From assembly GCA_963729605.1 (NCBI GenBank), contig CAVSNY010000004.1, positions 128,001 to 192,000 of the forward strand: DNA of 64,000 bases, given 5' to 3'. The first letter of the stretch is position 1. Each line of letters starts with the position of its first letter. Shown piece after piece: positions 51,697 through 61,961 of this stretch. The DNA is from an uncultured Gammaproteobacteria bacterium. Its GTDB lineage: Bacteria; Pseudomonadota; Gammaproteobacteria; DRLM01. The notes beneath the pieces were generated by a model that did no database searches, was not told the DNA's origin, and was given only the letters and a program-made list of their open reading frames with translations. Position numbers and translations under genes: made by a program.

Positions 51697-52182
51697 TTAG
51701 ACCCGGCCTAATGTGCGCGAAGCGACTCCATTGGGTGCGTGGCCCGTGGGATTGTAACAGGCTTCGTCCTGGGCGGTACCGCCGCGCAGGATGGCGAGCG
51801 CCTGTTGGGTTTGCCGCTGGTGGATGACGACGACTTTGCCGTTGAGGAGATTTTGTTCCCGGCAACGGGAGAGCGATTCTTTTATTTTCCGCCACAAGGG
51901 TTCCAAGTCGAAGTGGCCCTCGGGATCGCAATGGCGCAGATAAGCCACGATACCCTGTTCATTGACGGCAAACCCGGCTCGGGTAAGCCAATCCGAGTGT
52001 ATCCGCGTGTCTTGTTCCAGCGCCTGCAGGCAAATTTGCTTGGCCTCGGTGGCGGCTTCGATACCCGGTAGCGAACCGCTGGTCAAGGCCGCGCGCTCGT
52101 CCTGGAGGACGGCGGCGAGACGCGACACGTTCTGGTGTTGGCGATCGAGTAAGGTTTTGAGTTCCCGCGCGGCTGGATTCAT
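51697..52182 (-). CDS. flgN: Flagellar export chaperone FlgN
   Basis: LQDERAAL..CREQNLLNG motif; follows flgM. Confidence 0.88.
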   Translation of the reverse strand: MNPAARELKTLLDRQHQNVSRLAAVLQDERAALTSGSLPGIEAATEAKQICLQALEQDTRIHSDWLTRAGFAVNEQGIVAYLRHCDPEGHFDLEPLWRKIKESLSRCREQNLLNGKVVVIHQRQTQQALAILRGGTAQDEACYNPTGHAPNGVASRTLGRV

Positions 52183-52194
52183 AGGTGGCTAACG

Positions 52195-52527
52195 TTATCT
52201 TTGGTTGAGTTCGGTGAGTTGACGCGCGTTTTCAAAGCGCAGCATTTTTTCCGCGACGCGGGCTGCATTGAATTCATAATGCCCGGCATTGAGCGCTTGC
52301 CGGACGTTGTCGACCCGGGCGAGGTCCACCACCGGTTGCGTCGCGATCATGGTTCCCAGTTTATGGAGCTGGGACGCGGTATCGCTCAAGGTCACGGTGT
52401 CCGTGGTCTGCCCTTGCCCAGTCTGTTTTTGCGCGGCCGTCGGTTCGTTACGGTTGGTCTGGCCATGCGAATCGGCTCTGGCGCTCGATAACTGTGCAGG
52501 GGTGTGCCTGGTTATCTCGATTGCCAT
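52195..52527 (-). CDS. flgM: Anti-sigma28 factor FlgM
   Basis: DTVTLSDTA..VDLARVDNVRQALNAGHY..VAEKML. Confidence 0.92.
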   Translation of the reverse strand: MAIEITRHTPAQLSSARADSHGQTNRNEPTAAQKQTGQGQTTDTVTLSDTASQLHKLGTMIATQPVVDLARVDNVRQALNAGHYEFNAARVAEKMLRFENARQLTELNQR

Positions 52528-52556
52528 ACTGCTACCTCTTTCACTGCCTGCTAATA

Positions 52557-52583
52557 CTAACGGCCGTCAAATTATCTGCTTTA
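52557..52583 (-). promoter_or_regulatory. Sigma28 promoter of flgM
   Basis: TAAA-N15-GCCGTTAG on the minus strand. Confidence 0.7.
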
Positions 52584-52619
52584 GGCGATGCTCGCCAATT
52601 AATTGACGACGCTCACCCG

Positions 52620-53369
52620 TTAGAGGGTAACCTGAACCACGCCCGCCTGAATCACGGTGGCTTCCAACGTCCGTTTGGATAGCACATTTCGTACCGTAAT
52701 ACGGTCTCCCTTCGCGCCGTCCTTCAGGGCGGTGCCTTGCATGCGGACATCGACCCCCGGGATCGTGGCCAAGATCACAATCTGTTGGCCGCGGCGGATC
52801 AGGGGCGGGGTACTCAAGGCCTGGAGACCGAGTACCGTGCGCGACGCCAGCGGGCGTTTGGCCACTTTGCCGATAACTTCATTGAGGTCAGTAAGATAGT
52901 CCTGGTTGGCACCGATTTCCCGCAGCTCGAGACGGATATCCTCCGGGCCGATGAGCGTACCGCGGAGCAGGGGGCGTTGTGTCACCACCACCTCTCGGCT
53001 GGCCTTGACCTCGGCGGAAACATAGAGGGTCCAGGGCTTTTGCCCCTCACAATTGACCCCCACGGTGGTGTTGCCCGGCAAGCGGCTGCCGGGGGGGAGG
53101 AAGGCCCGCAGGGGTTTTTCACAGGCCGTGAGCTGCAGGCGCGGGTCGAGTTTGCCGATCTCGACTTTATGGGATGAAAAATCCTTACCGATATTCTCAT
53201 TAATATAGTGTTTGGCCGCCGCCTCAATGGCGCTGTGCGATTGATGGGGCTCCGTATCGGCCCAGGTGTCGGTGAACAGTGCCGGCACGATCAGCGCGAA
53301 GGCCAACCAGGTGCGGCCGCGCGATTTTGGCGGACGGCCAATACTCATGTGCAGTGAGTCCTTCATCAT
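52620..53369 (-). CDS. flgA: P-ring assembly chaperone FlgA
   Basis: LDPRLQLTAC, SAF domain, GTALKDGAKGDRITVRN. Start uncertain. Confidence 0.93.
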   Translation of the reverse strand: MMKDSLHMSIGRPPKSRGRTWLAFALIVPALFTDTWADTEPHQSHSAIEAAAKHYINENIGKDFSSHKVEIGKLDPRLQLTACEKPLRAFLPPGSRLPGNTTVGVNCEGQKPWTLYVSAEVKASREVVVTQRPLLRGTLIGPEDIRLELREIGANQDYLTDLNEVIGKVAKRPLASRTVLGLQALSTPPLIRRGQQIVILATIPGVDVRMQGTALKDGAKGDRITVRNVLSKRTLEATVIQAGVVQVTL

Positions 53370-53413
53370 CTCTCCGCGATTGCAGGTTGATCGTTAATTG
53401 TCGTTGAACAACA

Positions 53414-53429
53414 AGCAAGGTCTATGCCG
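53414..53429 (-). promoter_or_regulatory. Sigma54 promoter of flgA
   Basis: CGGCATAGACCTTGCT (GG-N10-GC). Confidence 0.7.
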
Positions 53430-53439
53430 TTATCCGGCT

Positions 53440-53466
53440 TAAGCTTTATTGTCTCCAAGCCGATAC
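53440..53466 (+). promoter_or_regulatory. Sigma28 promoter of cheV-cheR
   Basis: TAAG-N15-GCCGATAC. Confidence 0.7.
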
Positions 53467-53486
53467 CGGCGTTGTATTAACAAAGG

Positions 53487-54443
53487 ATGGACCACATGAG
53501 CGGTTTACTGGACGGGGTCAATCTCAGAACACGGCTCGTTGGCCATAACCGATTGGAGTTGTTGTTGTTTTTTCTGGATGGGACGCAACGTTACGGTATC
53601 AATGTCTTCAAAGTGCATGAGGTGATACAGCGTCCGCCTTTGACGCGCATTCCCAATGCGCCGGCGGTGGTGCGCGGCATGGCGACCTTGCGCGGCAAAA
53701 CCATTCCGGTGTTGGATTTGGGCATGGCCTTGAGCCAGCCGCCGATCGGCAGCGATGGTGCCGGCATCGTGATCGTCACCGAATACAACCGTACCGTGCA
53801 GGGCTTTCTAGTGCGGGCGGTGGATCGCATCGTGAATATCAATTGGGAAAGAGTCGTGCCTCCGCCGGAGGGCGCCGGGGATGATCACTTTCTGACCGCC
53901 ATCGCCCACGTCGACAAAGAGATGGTGGAAATGATCGATGTGGAGAAGGTGCTGAGCAACGTCAGCGGCGCGGAAATAGAAGTCTCGCAACAAACCGTAA
54001 ATTCCATGGAAACCACCCATCCGGCTCAGCATGTGGTGCTGGCGGTCGATGATTCCTCGGTCGCGCGTGGTCAGATGAAACGCACCCTCGATCGGGTCGG
54101 CGTGCAGACGGTGGTGGCGAGAGACGGCAAAGAGGCCTACGACATACTCAATTCGTGGGTGGAAAAGAAAGATCCGATTCTGAATCAATTGCTCATGGTG
54201 ATTTCCGACATCGAAATGCCGGAGATGGATGGTTATACCTTGACCTCCAAGATTAGGGCCAACGACCGGCTTAAGGACATGTATGTCATGCTGCATACCT
54301 CCTTGAGCGGTTTGTTCAACCATAATTTGATACGAAAGGTCGATGCCAACGCCTTCGTGCCGAAATTCGATGCCAACGATTTGGCCCAGGCGGTGATAGA
54401 ACGGATAAAAATAAAAGAGTCGGAAACACTGGGCAGTCAGTGA
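53487..54443 (+). CDS. cheV: Chemotaxis protein CheV (CheW plus receiver domain)
   Basis: NRLELLLF..YGINVFKV, VDDSSVAR, SDIEMPEMDGY. Confidence 0.96.
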   Translation: MDHMSGLLDGVNLRTRLVGHNRLELLLFFLDGTQRYGINVFKVHEVIQRPPLTRIPNAPAVVRGMATLRGKTIPVLDLGMALSQPPIGSDGAGIVIVTEYNRTVQGFLVRAVDRIVNINWERVVPPPEGAGDDHFLTAIAHVDKEMVEMIDVEKVLSNVSGAEIEVSQQTVNSMETTHPAQHVVLAVDDSSVARGQMKRTLDRVGVQTVVARDGKEAYDILNSWVEKKDPILNQLLMVISDIEMPEMDGYTLTSKIRANDRLKDMYVMLHTSLSGLFNHNLIRKVDANAFVPKFDANDLAQAVIERIKIKESETLGSQ

Positions 54444-54554
54444 GGGCAAGGAGTATGCGGCAGGGGGCGGTTGCCAAGCTCGGTGGCAGGCGGGATCGTA
54501 ACGATGCTCTGCCGTATTGGGCAGCCGTGGAGCAGCGTAACGCAAGGAGCGGCG

Positions 54555-55385
54555 ATGAGTGTTGACATAAACCCGCAGGAATACGCCGCCTTCCGTGATT
54601 TTCTGGAGGATGCCAGCGGGATCGTCTTGGGGGAAAACAAACAATATCTGGTCAATAGCCGTTTGAAGTCTTTATTGAACGAGCTCGGCGTCAAGTCCAT
54701 CGGTGAATTGCTGGCGATGGTGGACCGTACCGCCGGGACCCCGCTCCGGCAACGTATCATCGACGCCATGACTACCCACGAGACCTTGTGGTTTCGCGAT
54801 CAGTATCCGTTTGAAGCCTTGAAACGGATGATTCTTCCCGAACTGGTCCGTGGCAATAGCCCGAACTTGCGAATCTGGTCGGCCGCTTGCGCCTCCGGTC
54901 AGGAACCCTATTCCATCAGCATGATCTGCGAAGAGTATCGCCGCGAATATCCGAGCCGTCCTTTAGGATCAGTGCAAATCGTGGCCACCGACATTTCGCC
55001 GACCATTCTGCAAATGGCGCGCGAGGGCGTGTACGACAATATCGCCTTGGGCCGCGGTCTCACTCCTGACCGGCGTGAACGTTTCTTCACCACCGAGCAG
55101 GACAAGGCGCGAGTCAATCCGGAAGTGAAGCGCCAGGTCAGTTTTCGCGAGCTCAATTTAATGCAACCGTTTAAATCGCTCGGCAAGTTTCACGTGATTT
55201 TTTGCCGGAACGTCATGATTTATTTTTCCGATCCGCTCAAAGCCGACATATTGAACCGCATCGCCGAAGTGCTGGAACCGAACGGTTATTTGTTCCTGGG
55301 CGGTTCGGAATCGATCACCCGTTACTGCGATCGCTTCGAAGTCTCCCGTTCCCACGGCGGCATGGTGTTCCGCCTCAAGCCGTAA
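54555..55385 (+). CDS. cheR: Chemotaxis methyltransferase CheR
   Basis: AAGGAG RBS; TTHETLWFRD, IWSAACASGQEPYS, IFCRNVMIYF. Confidence 0.96.
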   Translation: MSVDINPQEYAAFRDFLEDASGIVLGENKQYLVNSRLKSLLNELGVKSIGELLAMVDRTAGTPLRQRIIDAMTTHETLWFRDQYPFEALKRMILPELVRGNSPNLRIWSAACASGQEPYSISMICEEYRREYPSRPLGSVQIVATDISPTILQMAREGVYDNIALGRGLTPDRRERFFTTEQDKARVNPEVKRQVSFRELNLMQPFKSLGKFHVIFCRNVMIYFSDPLKADILNRIAEVLEPNGYLFLGGSESITRYCDRFEVSRSHGGMVFRLKP

Positions 55386-55509
55386 GCTCTCTCCAAACGC
55401 GCCGTGTCAGCGGCCGATGCGGCAAGCAGCGGCAGAAGTTTGCCGCTCGCTCGGGGCAACGGCCCAATGAAAACACGCTATCCCCCTGTTCTTCCCCCGT
55501 TGCGAGTCA

Positions 55510-55525
55510 TGGCACGCTCGTTGCT
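55510..55525 (+). promoter_or_regulatory. Sigma54 promoter of the flgB operon
   Basis: TGGCACGCTCGTTGCT, essentially the consensus. Confidence 0.85.
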
Positions 55526-55560
55526 TTTGTAAACCCGTGATGGATCAGTTGGAGAAGACG

Positions 55561-55956
55561 ATGTCCTTGAGTCTCGATAAAGCATTCGGTATCTACGCGC
55601 AATCTTTGTCGTTGCGCGCGCACCGCGCCGAACTGTTGGCGAATAACATCGCCAACGCCGACACGCCCAACTATAAGGCGGTGGACATCGATTTCAAAAC
55701 GGCCTTGGCCAACGCCGGCGGCGGACAGCTGCCAATGGCCACTTCCAATTCACAACATATACAAACCGTGTCCGGCAACAACGCGCGCTACGAAACTCAA
55801 TATAGAGTGCCGCTGCAGCCGGCGCTGGACGGCAATACCGTCGATACCCAGGTTGAAAAAGCGGAGTTCTCGCGCAACGCGATACAGCATCAAGCGTCGT
55901 TGACCTTCCTCAATGGACGCATCAACGGCATTTTGTTGGCACTAAAGGGACAATAA
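55561..55956 (+). CDS. flgB: Flagellar basal-body rod protein FlgB
   Basis: LANNIANADTPNYKAVD, DGNTVD. Confidence 0.96.
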   Translation: MSLSLDKAFGIYAQSLSLRAHRAELLANNIANADTPNYKAVDIDFKTALANAGGGQLPMATSNSQHIQTVSGNNARYETQYRVPLQPALDGNTVDTQVEKAEFSRNAIQHQASLTFLNGRINGILLALKGQ

Positions 55957-55959
55957 ACC

Positions 55960-56376
55960 ATGTCGCTTTTCAAAATATTCGATGTCGCCGGCTCGGCCAT
56001 GAGCGCGCAAACCGTACGCCTCAACGTGGTCGCCAGCAATTTGGCGAACGCCGACAACGTCAGCGGCACCGCGCAAGGTGCCTATAAGGCGAAACACCCG
56101 GTATTCAAGACCCTCCTCGATGCGGCGAATCCCGGAGACAAGGCGTCGTCGGGCGTCATGGTGTCGGACATCGTCGAAAGCACCGAGCCGGCGCAGAAGC
56201 GCTACATGCCGCAACATCCTTCGGCGGACGGCGAGGGTTATGTCTATCTCCCCAACATCAATCCCATCGAGGAAATGGTCAATATGATTTCCGCATCGCG
56301 TTCCTATCAAAGCAACGTGGAAGTGATGAACACCTCCAAGGAATTATTGTTGCGCACCCTCGGCCTCGGCCAGTGA
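55960..56376 (+). CDS. flgC: Flagellar basal-body rod protein FlgC
   Basis: RLNVVASNLANAD, PQHPSADGEGYV, EMVNMISASRSYQ. Confidence 0.97.
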   Translation: MSLFKIFDVAGSAMSAQTVRLNVVASNLANADNVSGTAQGAYKAKHPVFKTLLDAANPGDKASSGVMVSDIVESTEPAQKRYMPQHPSADGEGYVYLPNINPIEEMVNMISASRSYQSNVEVMNTSKELLLRTLGLGQ

Positions 56377-56390
56377 TGAAGAGGTGAACC

Positions 56391-57062
56391 ATGACTACGA
56401 TTGACAGAGGTCTTATCGATCAACTCGGCCTCGGCGGCAATCAGAGCGCCCGCAAGCCCAGCAATAAACTCGGCCAGGAGGATTTCCTGAAACTGATGAC
56501 GACCCAGCTCAAAAATCAGGACCCGACCAAGCCGATGGATAACGGCGCGTTTCTCGCTCAAATCGCCCAGTTTTCCTCCGTGAGCGGCATTCAAGAAATG
56601 CAGGCCTCGGTCAAGCAATTGGTGGAAACCTTGTCATCGAATCAAACCATGCAGGCGGCGTCGCTGGTGGGTAAGACCGTGGTGGCGTCCGCCGACAGCA
56701 TGTTTTACGACGGCGAGCACGGGGTACAGGGCGGAGTGGAATTGACGAATGCCGCCGACAACGTGGTGGTCGGCATATACGATCAGAGCGGACAGCTCGT
56801 CAGAAAAATGGAATTAGGCTTTCAACGCAGCGGCACGCTGCCTTTCACTTGGGACGGTCTCATGACCAACGGCGCGGCGGCGCCCCCCGGCGCGTATCGG
56901 TTGAGGGCCGAATCCATCGTCGACGGCAAGGCGGTGGCGATCGATACCTTGGTGGCCGAACCCATCGCGGCGGTGAACATGGCCTCCGGCGGCAAGGCGT
57001 TGTCGCTGACCCTGGCGGGCGGATCCAATATCAGCATGAGCGACGTCAAGCAGATCATGTAG
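56391..57062 (+). CDS. flgD: Flagellar hook capping protein FlgD
   Basis: FLKLMTTQLKNQDPTKPMD. Confidence 0.97.
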   Translation: MTTIDRGLIDQLGLGGNQSARKPSNKLGQEDFLKLMTTQLKNQDPTKPMDNGAFLAQIAQFSSVSGIQEMQASVKQLVETLSSNQTMQAASLVGKTVVASADSMFYDGEHGVQGGVELTNAADNVVVGIYDQSGQLVRKMELGFQRSGTLPFTWDGLMTNGAAAPPGAYRLRAESIVDGKAVAIDTLVAEPIAAVNMASGGKALSLTLAGGSNISMSDVKQIM

Positions 57063-57095
57063 TCGCTAATTTATATAGTGTAGAGGAGTGTAAAG

Positions 57096-58313
57096 ATGCC
57101 TTTTCGTATTGCTTTAAGCGGATTGAACGCGGCCTCCGCCGAGTTGCGGGTGGTGGCCAATAATATCGCCAACGTGAGCACCACCGGTTTCAAAAAATCG
57201 CGCACTGAATTTGCCGACATCTATTCCGTGGCGAGTCTCGGTAACGCCGGTATCGCGATCGGCAGCGGCGTGTCGGTGGCGGCGGTGTCGCAGCAGTTCA
57301 GCCAAGGTAACATTTCCTTCACCGATAACGGTCTCGATCTCGCGGTCAGTGGCCAGGGTTTCTTCCGCCTCAGCGATCAAGGCAGTACGGTCTACACCCG
57401 CTCCGGCGCCTTCAGCGTCAACCGCGAGGGTTATATCGTCAATCCGCAAAATGCGCGGTTGACCGCCTATCTGGCTGACAACAATGGCAACGTCACGGGC
57501 GCCTTGGGCGATTTGCAATTGAATACCTCCGATATTTCACCTCAGCCGACTACATCGATCGCCGTGGGCGTCAATTTGGACGCGACGGCGCCGATTCCGC
57601 CGGCCTTTAATATCACCGACCCCACTACCTATAATAATTCCACCTCGTTGACGGTGTACGATTCGTTGGGGACCGCGCATTTGTCGGAGATTTTTTACCG
57701 CAAGAGCGCCGCCAACACCTGGGAGACCCGTCTCTTTATCGATGGTGCTGAAGTCACTCCGACCACCAACGGTGATTTGACGTTTAATCCCGACGGCACG
57801 CTGGCCACCCCGGCGGGCGGTCAAGTCGCCTACAACAGCTTTCCCATCCTCGGCGCGAATAATTTGAATGTGGTGCTGGATTATTCCGCCAGTTCGCCCT
57901 CCACGCAGTTTGGCAGTAAGTTCGGCGTGAATTTCCTCGATCAGGACGGTTTTACCACCGGCCGCTTGAGCGGTCTCGACATCTCGGATAACGGCATAGT
58001 CCAAGCGCGTTTCACCAACGGCCAGTCGCGCACCCTCGGACAAGTAGCGCTTGCCAACTTCGCCAATTTGGAAGGTTTGCGGCAATTGGGCGATACCACC
58101 TGGGCGGAGAGTTTCGAGTCGGGCGTGGCCCTGATCGGACAGCCCGGTACCGCGAGTCTGGGCTTGATTCAGTCGGGAGCCCTCGAGGATTCCAACGTCG
58201 ATCTTACCGAGCAGTTGGTGGCGATGATCACCGCGCAGCGTAATTTCCAGGCCAACTCACAGGTCATCAGCGCCGCCGACACCGTGACGCAGACCATCAT
58301 CAACATTCGCTAG
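57096..58313 (+). CDS. flgE: Flagellar hook protein FlgE
   Basis: [41 protein letters not shown]. Confidence 0.97.
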   Translation: MPFRIALSGLNAASAELRVVANNIANVSTTGFKKSRTEFADIYSVASLGNAGIAIGSGVSVAAVSQQFSQGNISFTDNGLDLAVSGQGFFRLSDQGSTVYTRSGAFSVNREGYIVNPQNARLTAYLADNNGNVTGALGDLQLNTSDISPQPTTSIAVGVNLDATAPIPPAFNITDPTTYNNSTSLTVYDSLGTAHLSEIFYRKSAANTWETRLFIDGAEVTPTTNGDLTFNPDGTLATPAGGQVAYNSFPILGANNLNVVLDYSASSPSTQFGSKFGVNFLDQDGFTTGRLSGLDISDNGIVQARFTNGQSRTLGQVALANFANLEGLRQLGDTTWAESFESGVALIGQPGTASLGLIQSGALEDSNVDLTEQLVAMITAQRNFQANSQVISAADTVTQTIINIR

Positions 58314-58345
58314 TGATCGACCGTCAATGACAGGCAGGAGTAAGC

Positions 58346-59083
58346 ATGGATAGAGTAATTTACGTGGCCATGACCGGCGCCAAGCACACCATGCGAGCCA
58401 ATCAGGTCAACACCAATAATCTCGCCAACATCAACACCACCGGTTTTCGCGGCGACCTCGCCGCCTTCCAAAGCAAGCCGATCGAAGGCGCGGGTTATCC
58501 CAGCCGCATCAATTCGGTGGCGAACACCGCCGGCTCGGATTTTACCCCGGGTTCTCTCATCACCACCGGCCGAGAATTGGACGTGGCGGTGCAGGGTGAA
58601 GGCTGGATCGCGGTGCAAGCCGCCGACGGTGAAGAAGCGTATACCCGCGCCGGTGATTTTACGGTGAACAACGCCGGCATGCTGCTCACCGCGGCGGGAC
58701 AGCCGGTGCTGGGCAACAGCGGACCGATCGCGGTGCCGCCGTTTTCCAAGCTCGAGATCGGCAAGGACGGCACGATTTCGCTGTTGCCGGTGGGCCAAGC
58801 CCCCAATACCCTGGCGGTGGTCGATCGCATCAAACTGGTCAATCCGCCGCGTGAACAATTGAGCAAAACCGCCGAGGGCTTGTTTAGAACCGGCAACGGC
58901 GAGCAGCCCGCGGACGCGAACGTGACGCTGGCCAGCGGCGTCTTGGAGACCAGCAACGTCAACGGCGTCTCGGCCTTGGTGAACATGATCGAGCTGTCGC
59001 GCCATCTCGAGGTGCAGGTGAAGCTTATTAAACAAGCCGAAGACAATGACGCGGCGATGGCGCAGGTGATGCGTCTCGGTTAA
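58346..59083 (+). CDS. flgF: Flagellar basal-body rod protein FlgF
   Basis: MDRVIYVAMTGA, TGRELDVAVQGEGWIAVQ, EAYTRAG. Confidence 0.96.
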   Translation: MDRVIYVAMTGAKHTMRANQVNTNNLANINTTGFRGDLAAFQSKPIEGAGYPSRINSVANTAGSDFTPGSLITTGRELDVAVQGEGWIAVQAADGEEAYTRAGDFTVNNAGMLLTAAGQPVLGNSGPIAVPPFSKLEIGKDGTISLLPVGQAPNTLAVVDRIKLVNPPREQLSKTAEGLFRTGNGEQPADANVTLASGVLETSNVNGVSALVNMIELSRHLEVQVKLIKQAEDNDAAMAQVMRLG

Positions 59084-59128
59084 GCGGTTGCCGAGCGATT
59101 ATCAAAATTTAAGTAGAGGAGTGTCACA

Positions 59129-59914
59129 GTGGACCCAGCATTATGGATCGCCAAAACCGGATTGGAAGCGCAACAGGCCAAGATGGCCGTCGTCTCCAAT
59201 AACTTGGCCAACGTCAGTACCACCGGCTTCAAACGCAGTTACGCGGCGTTTCAGGATTTGTTATATCAGAACGTACGGCAGGTGGGCGGCCAAACTTCGC
59301 AGGATACCCAGTTGCCTTCCGGCATGCATATGGGAACCGGCGTGCGGGTAGTGGCCACCGAAAAACTGTTCTCCCAGGGCAATATCGTCCAGAGCGAAAA
59401 CCCCTTGCACGTCGCGATTCAAGGCCGCGGGTTCTTGCAGGTGTTGTTGCCCGACGGCAGTCAAGCTTACAGCCGCGACGGTTCTTTGCATATGGACGCG
59501 CAAGGTCAATTGGTGACCGCCAGCGGTTATCCGCTGCAACCGGCCATCACCATCCCCGACAGTGCTCAAAGCATCACCATCGGCAATGACGGCACGGTGA
59601 GCGTGCGTCTCGCCGGACAAAGTTCGCCGACCCAGGTAGGCAATCTGCAACTCACCGATTTCATCAATACCGCCGGCCTGCAGCCGATGGGCGAAAATTT
59701 ATATCTCGAATCCGCCGCCAGCGGTTCGCCGCAGACCGGCACACCCGGCGTCAGCGGCCTGGGCACCTTGGTGCAAGGCTCTTTGGAAACCTCCAATGTC
59801 AACGTGGTTCAGGAATTGGTGGACATGATCGAAACCCAACGCGCCTATGAGATGAACTCGAAAGCGGTGGAAGCCAGCGACGGTATGCTGCGCTTCATCA
59901 TCAACAACACCTAA
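59129..59914 (+). CDS. flgG: Flagellar distal rod protein FlgG
   Basis: GTG start; [31 protein letters not shown]. Confidence 0.97.
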   Translation: MDPALWIAKTGLEAQQAKMAVVSNNLANVSTTGFKRSYAAFQDLLYQNVRQVGGQTSQDTQLPSGMHMGTGVRVVATEKLFSQGNIVQSENPLHVAIQGRGFLQVLLPDGSQAYSRDGSLHMDAQGQLVTASGYPLQPAITIPDSAQSITIGNDGTVSVRLAGQSSPTQVGNLQLTDFINTAGLQPMGENLYLESAASGSPQTGTPGVSGLGTLVQGSLETSNVNVVQELVDMIETQRAYEMNSKAVEASDGMLRFIINNT

Positions 59915-59924
59915 GTGATACGGA

Positions 59925-60668
59925 GTGGCTAGCGTGATAACGGTGAGCGGCTGGAATGGCAAAGGCAAGGCACACGGCGGGCGCCTGGGATTACTGCTGG
60001 GCCTGGCGCTGCTGGCGGGTTGCGCGAGCACGCCTCAGGAGCGTGCCAAATTCGCCCCCACGCCGCCGCTGATGGAAACACTGCCGCCGGCGACCGAGGG
60101 CGCGATTTTTCAATCCGGCCGTGAAATCTCCTTATTTCAGGACACCAAGGCGCGGCGGGTCGGCGACATGATCACCATCGTTCTGGTCGAACGGACGCAG
60201 GCGAGCAAGCAGGCCAGCACCAGCAGCAGCAAGGATCAGCAAGTGGGCCTGGAAAATCCCACCCTGCTCGGTTCGCCGCTCACCTTCCGCATGCCCGGCG
60301 GTTTGCCGCTTAATGGGCGCGATCTCAATTTGGCGACGAGTATCAGCGGTACCCGTTCTTTTTCAGGCGAAGGCGACAGCAGCCAGAGCAATCAATTGAG
60401 CGGCCAGATTACCGTTACCGTGGCCGACGTGTTGCCCAACGGCAATCTGATCGTACGCGGCGAAAAATCGCTGACCATCAATCAGGGCGATGAAAGTATT
60501 CAATTCGCCGGCATCGTGCGGCCGGCCGACATCGGCCCGGACAACACCGTACTGTCCACCTTGGTGGCGGACGCCAAAATCAGTTACACCGGCAAGGGAT
60601 CGCTGGCCGACGCCAATTCCATGGGTTGGCTGGGACGGTTGTTCAACAGCAAATGGTGGCCGTTTTAA
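59925..60668 (+). CDS. flgH: Flagellar L-ring protein FlgH
   Basis: Lipobox LAGC, DTKARRVGD, VLPNGNLIVRGEK, WWPF. Start uncertain. Confidence 0.96.
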   Translation: MASVITVSGWNGKGKAHGGRLGLLLGLALLAGCASTPQERAKFAPTPPLMETLPPATEGAIFQSGREISLFQDTKARRVGDMITIVLVERTQASKQASTSSSKDQQVGLENPTLLGSPLTFRMPGGLPLNGRDLNLATSISGTRSFSGEGDSSQSNQLSGQITVTVADVLPNGNLIVRGEKSLTINQGDESIQFAGIVRPADIGPDNTVLSTLVADAKISYTGKGSLADANSMGWLGRLFNSKWWPF

Positions 60669-60696
60669 CGCGGTCGGATAAGGAAACACACGCAAC

Positions 60697-61809
60697 ATGA
60701 ACCGTCGCATGCCCCGATATTTATTGCTCGTCCTGTGCGTATTGCTGCCGTGGACCGCGGCCAACGCCGAGCGCATCAAAGACCTCGCGGTGGTCGCCGG
60801 CGTACGTCACAACCAATTGGTAGGTTACGGATTGGTAGTGGGTCTCGACGGCAGCGGCGATCAGACCAGCCAGGCGCCCTTCACGGTACAGAGTTTGAAG
60901 AGCATGCTCGCGCAATTCGGTATTACCGTGCCGCCCGGGGTGGACCCCCAACTTAAAAACGTCGCGGCGGTGGCGGTGAACGCGGAATTGCCGCCTTTCG
61001 CCAAACCCGGCCAAAGCATCGATATCACGGTGTCGTCGCTCGCCAACGCCAAGAGCTTGCGCGGCGGCACCTTGCTGATGACGCCGTTGAAAGGCGCCAA
61101 TGGCGAGATCTACGCGATCGCCCAGGGCAATCTGGTGGTGAGCGGTTTCGGCGTCGGCGGCAGCGACGGCTCCAAGATCACCGTCAACGTGCCGAGCGCC
61201 GGCCGCATTCCCAACGGCGCGACCGTGGAGCGCGCGGCGCCGACCACGCTCGGCGGCGAGGACAGTCTGGTGCTCAATCTCAATAACGCCGATTTCACCA
61301 CCGCCAAGCGGCTGGCCGACGCGATCAACGACACCTTCGGCGACGGCATGGCCGTGCCGCTCGACGCCGCGTCGATCGCGGTGCACGCGCCGCGCGACCG
61401 CGGCCAGCGGGTGTCCTTCGTCTCGGTGCTGGAAAATCTCACGCTGGAACCGGGTGTCACCGCCGCCAAGGTCATCATCAATTCGCGCACCGGCACGGTG
61501 GTGATCGGCGAACACGTGCGGGTGACGGCCGCGGCGGTGGCCCACGGCAGCTTGACCGTGACGATTTCCGAAAATACCGGGGTCAGCCAACCCGCGCCGT
61601 TGTCGACCGGCACCACGGTAATGGTGCCGTCGTCGGAGGTGTCGGCCACCCAGGCGGCCAGCCGCATGTTTTTGTTTGAACCGGGCGTGACGCTGGCGCA
61701 GATCGTGCGCGCGGTGAATCAGGTCGGCGCCGCGCCGGGGGATTTGGTGGCGATACTGGAAGCATTGCGCGAAGCGGGCGCCTTGCGCGCCGAACTGATC
61801 GTTTTATAA
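60697..61809 (+). CDS. flgI: Flagellar P-ring protein FlgI
   Basis: [34 protein letters not shown]. Confidence 0.97.
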   Translation: MNRRMPRYLLLVLCVLLPWTAANAERIKDLAVVAGVRHNQLVGYGLVVGLDGSGDQTSQAPFTVQSLKSMLAQFGITVPPGVDPQLKNVAAVAVNAELPPFAKPGQSIDITVSSLANAKSLRGGTLLMTPLKGANGEIYAIAQGNLVVSGFGVGGSDGSKITVNVPSAGRIPNGATVERAAPTTLGGEDSLVLNLNNADFTTAKRLADAINDTFGDGMAVPLDAASIAVHAPRDRGQRVSFVSVLENLTLEPGVTAAKVIINSRTGTVVIGEHVRVTAAAVAHGSLTVTISENTGVSQPAPLSTGTTVMVPSSEVSATQAASRMFLFEPGVTLAQIVRAVNQVGAAPGDLVAILEALREAGALRAELIVL

Positions 61810-61961
61810 GACGGCGGACAAGGCAGTCCGCCGATTATGCCAAGGAAGACGGTTTGGAACCGTCGCGGGTGTCAGGGGAAATAGGAAAGAGGGAAGATCA
61901 TCCGCAGGGATGGAAAAAAGAACGGCCCGTCAAGGAAGGCGGGCCGCATTTTTAAAATTAG

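Noticed and set aside
52540-52551. TTCACTGCCTGC upstream of flgM resembling the start of the CRISPR repeat
   Set aside because: No GGCAG to close the hairpin and no handle; a chance match.
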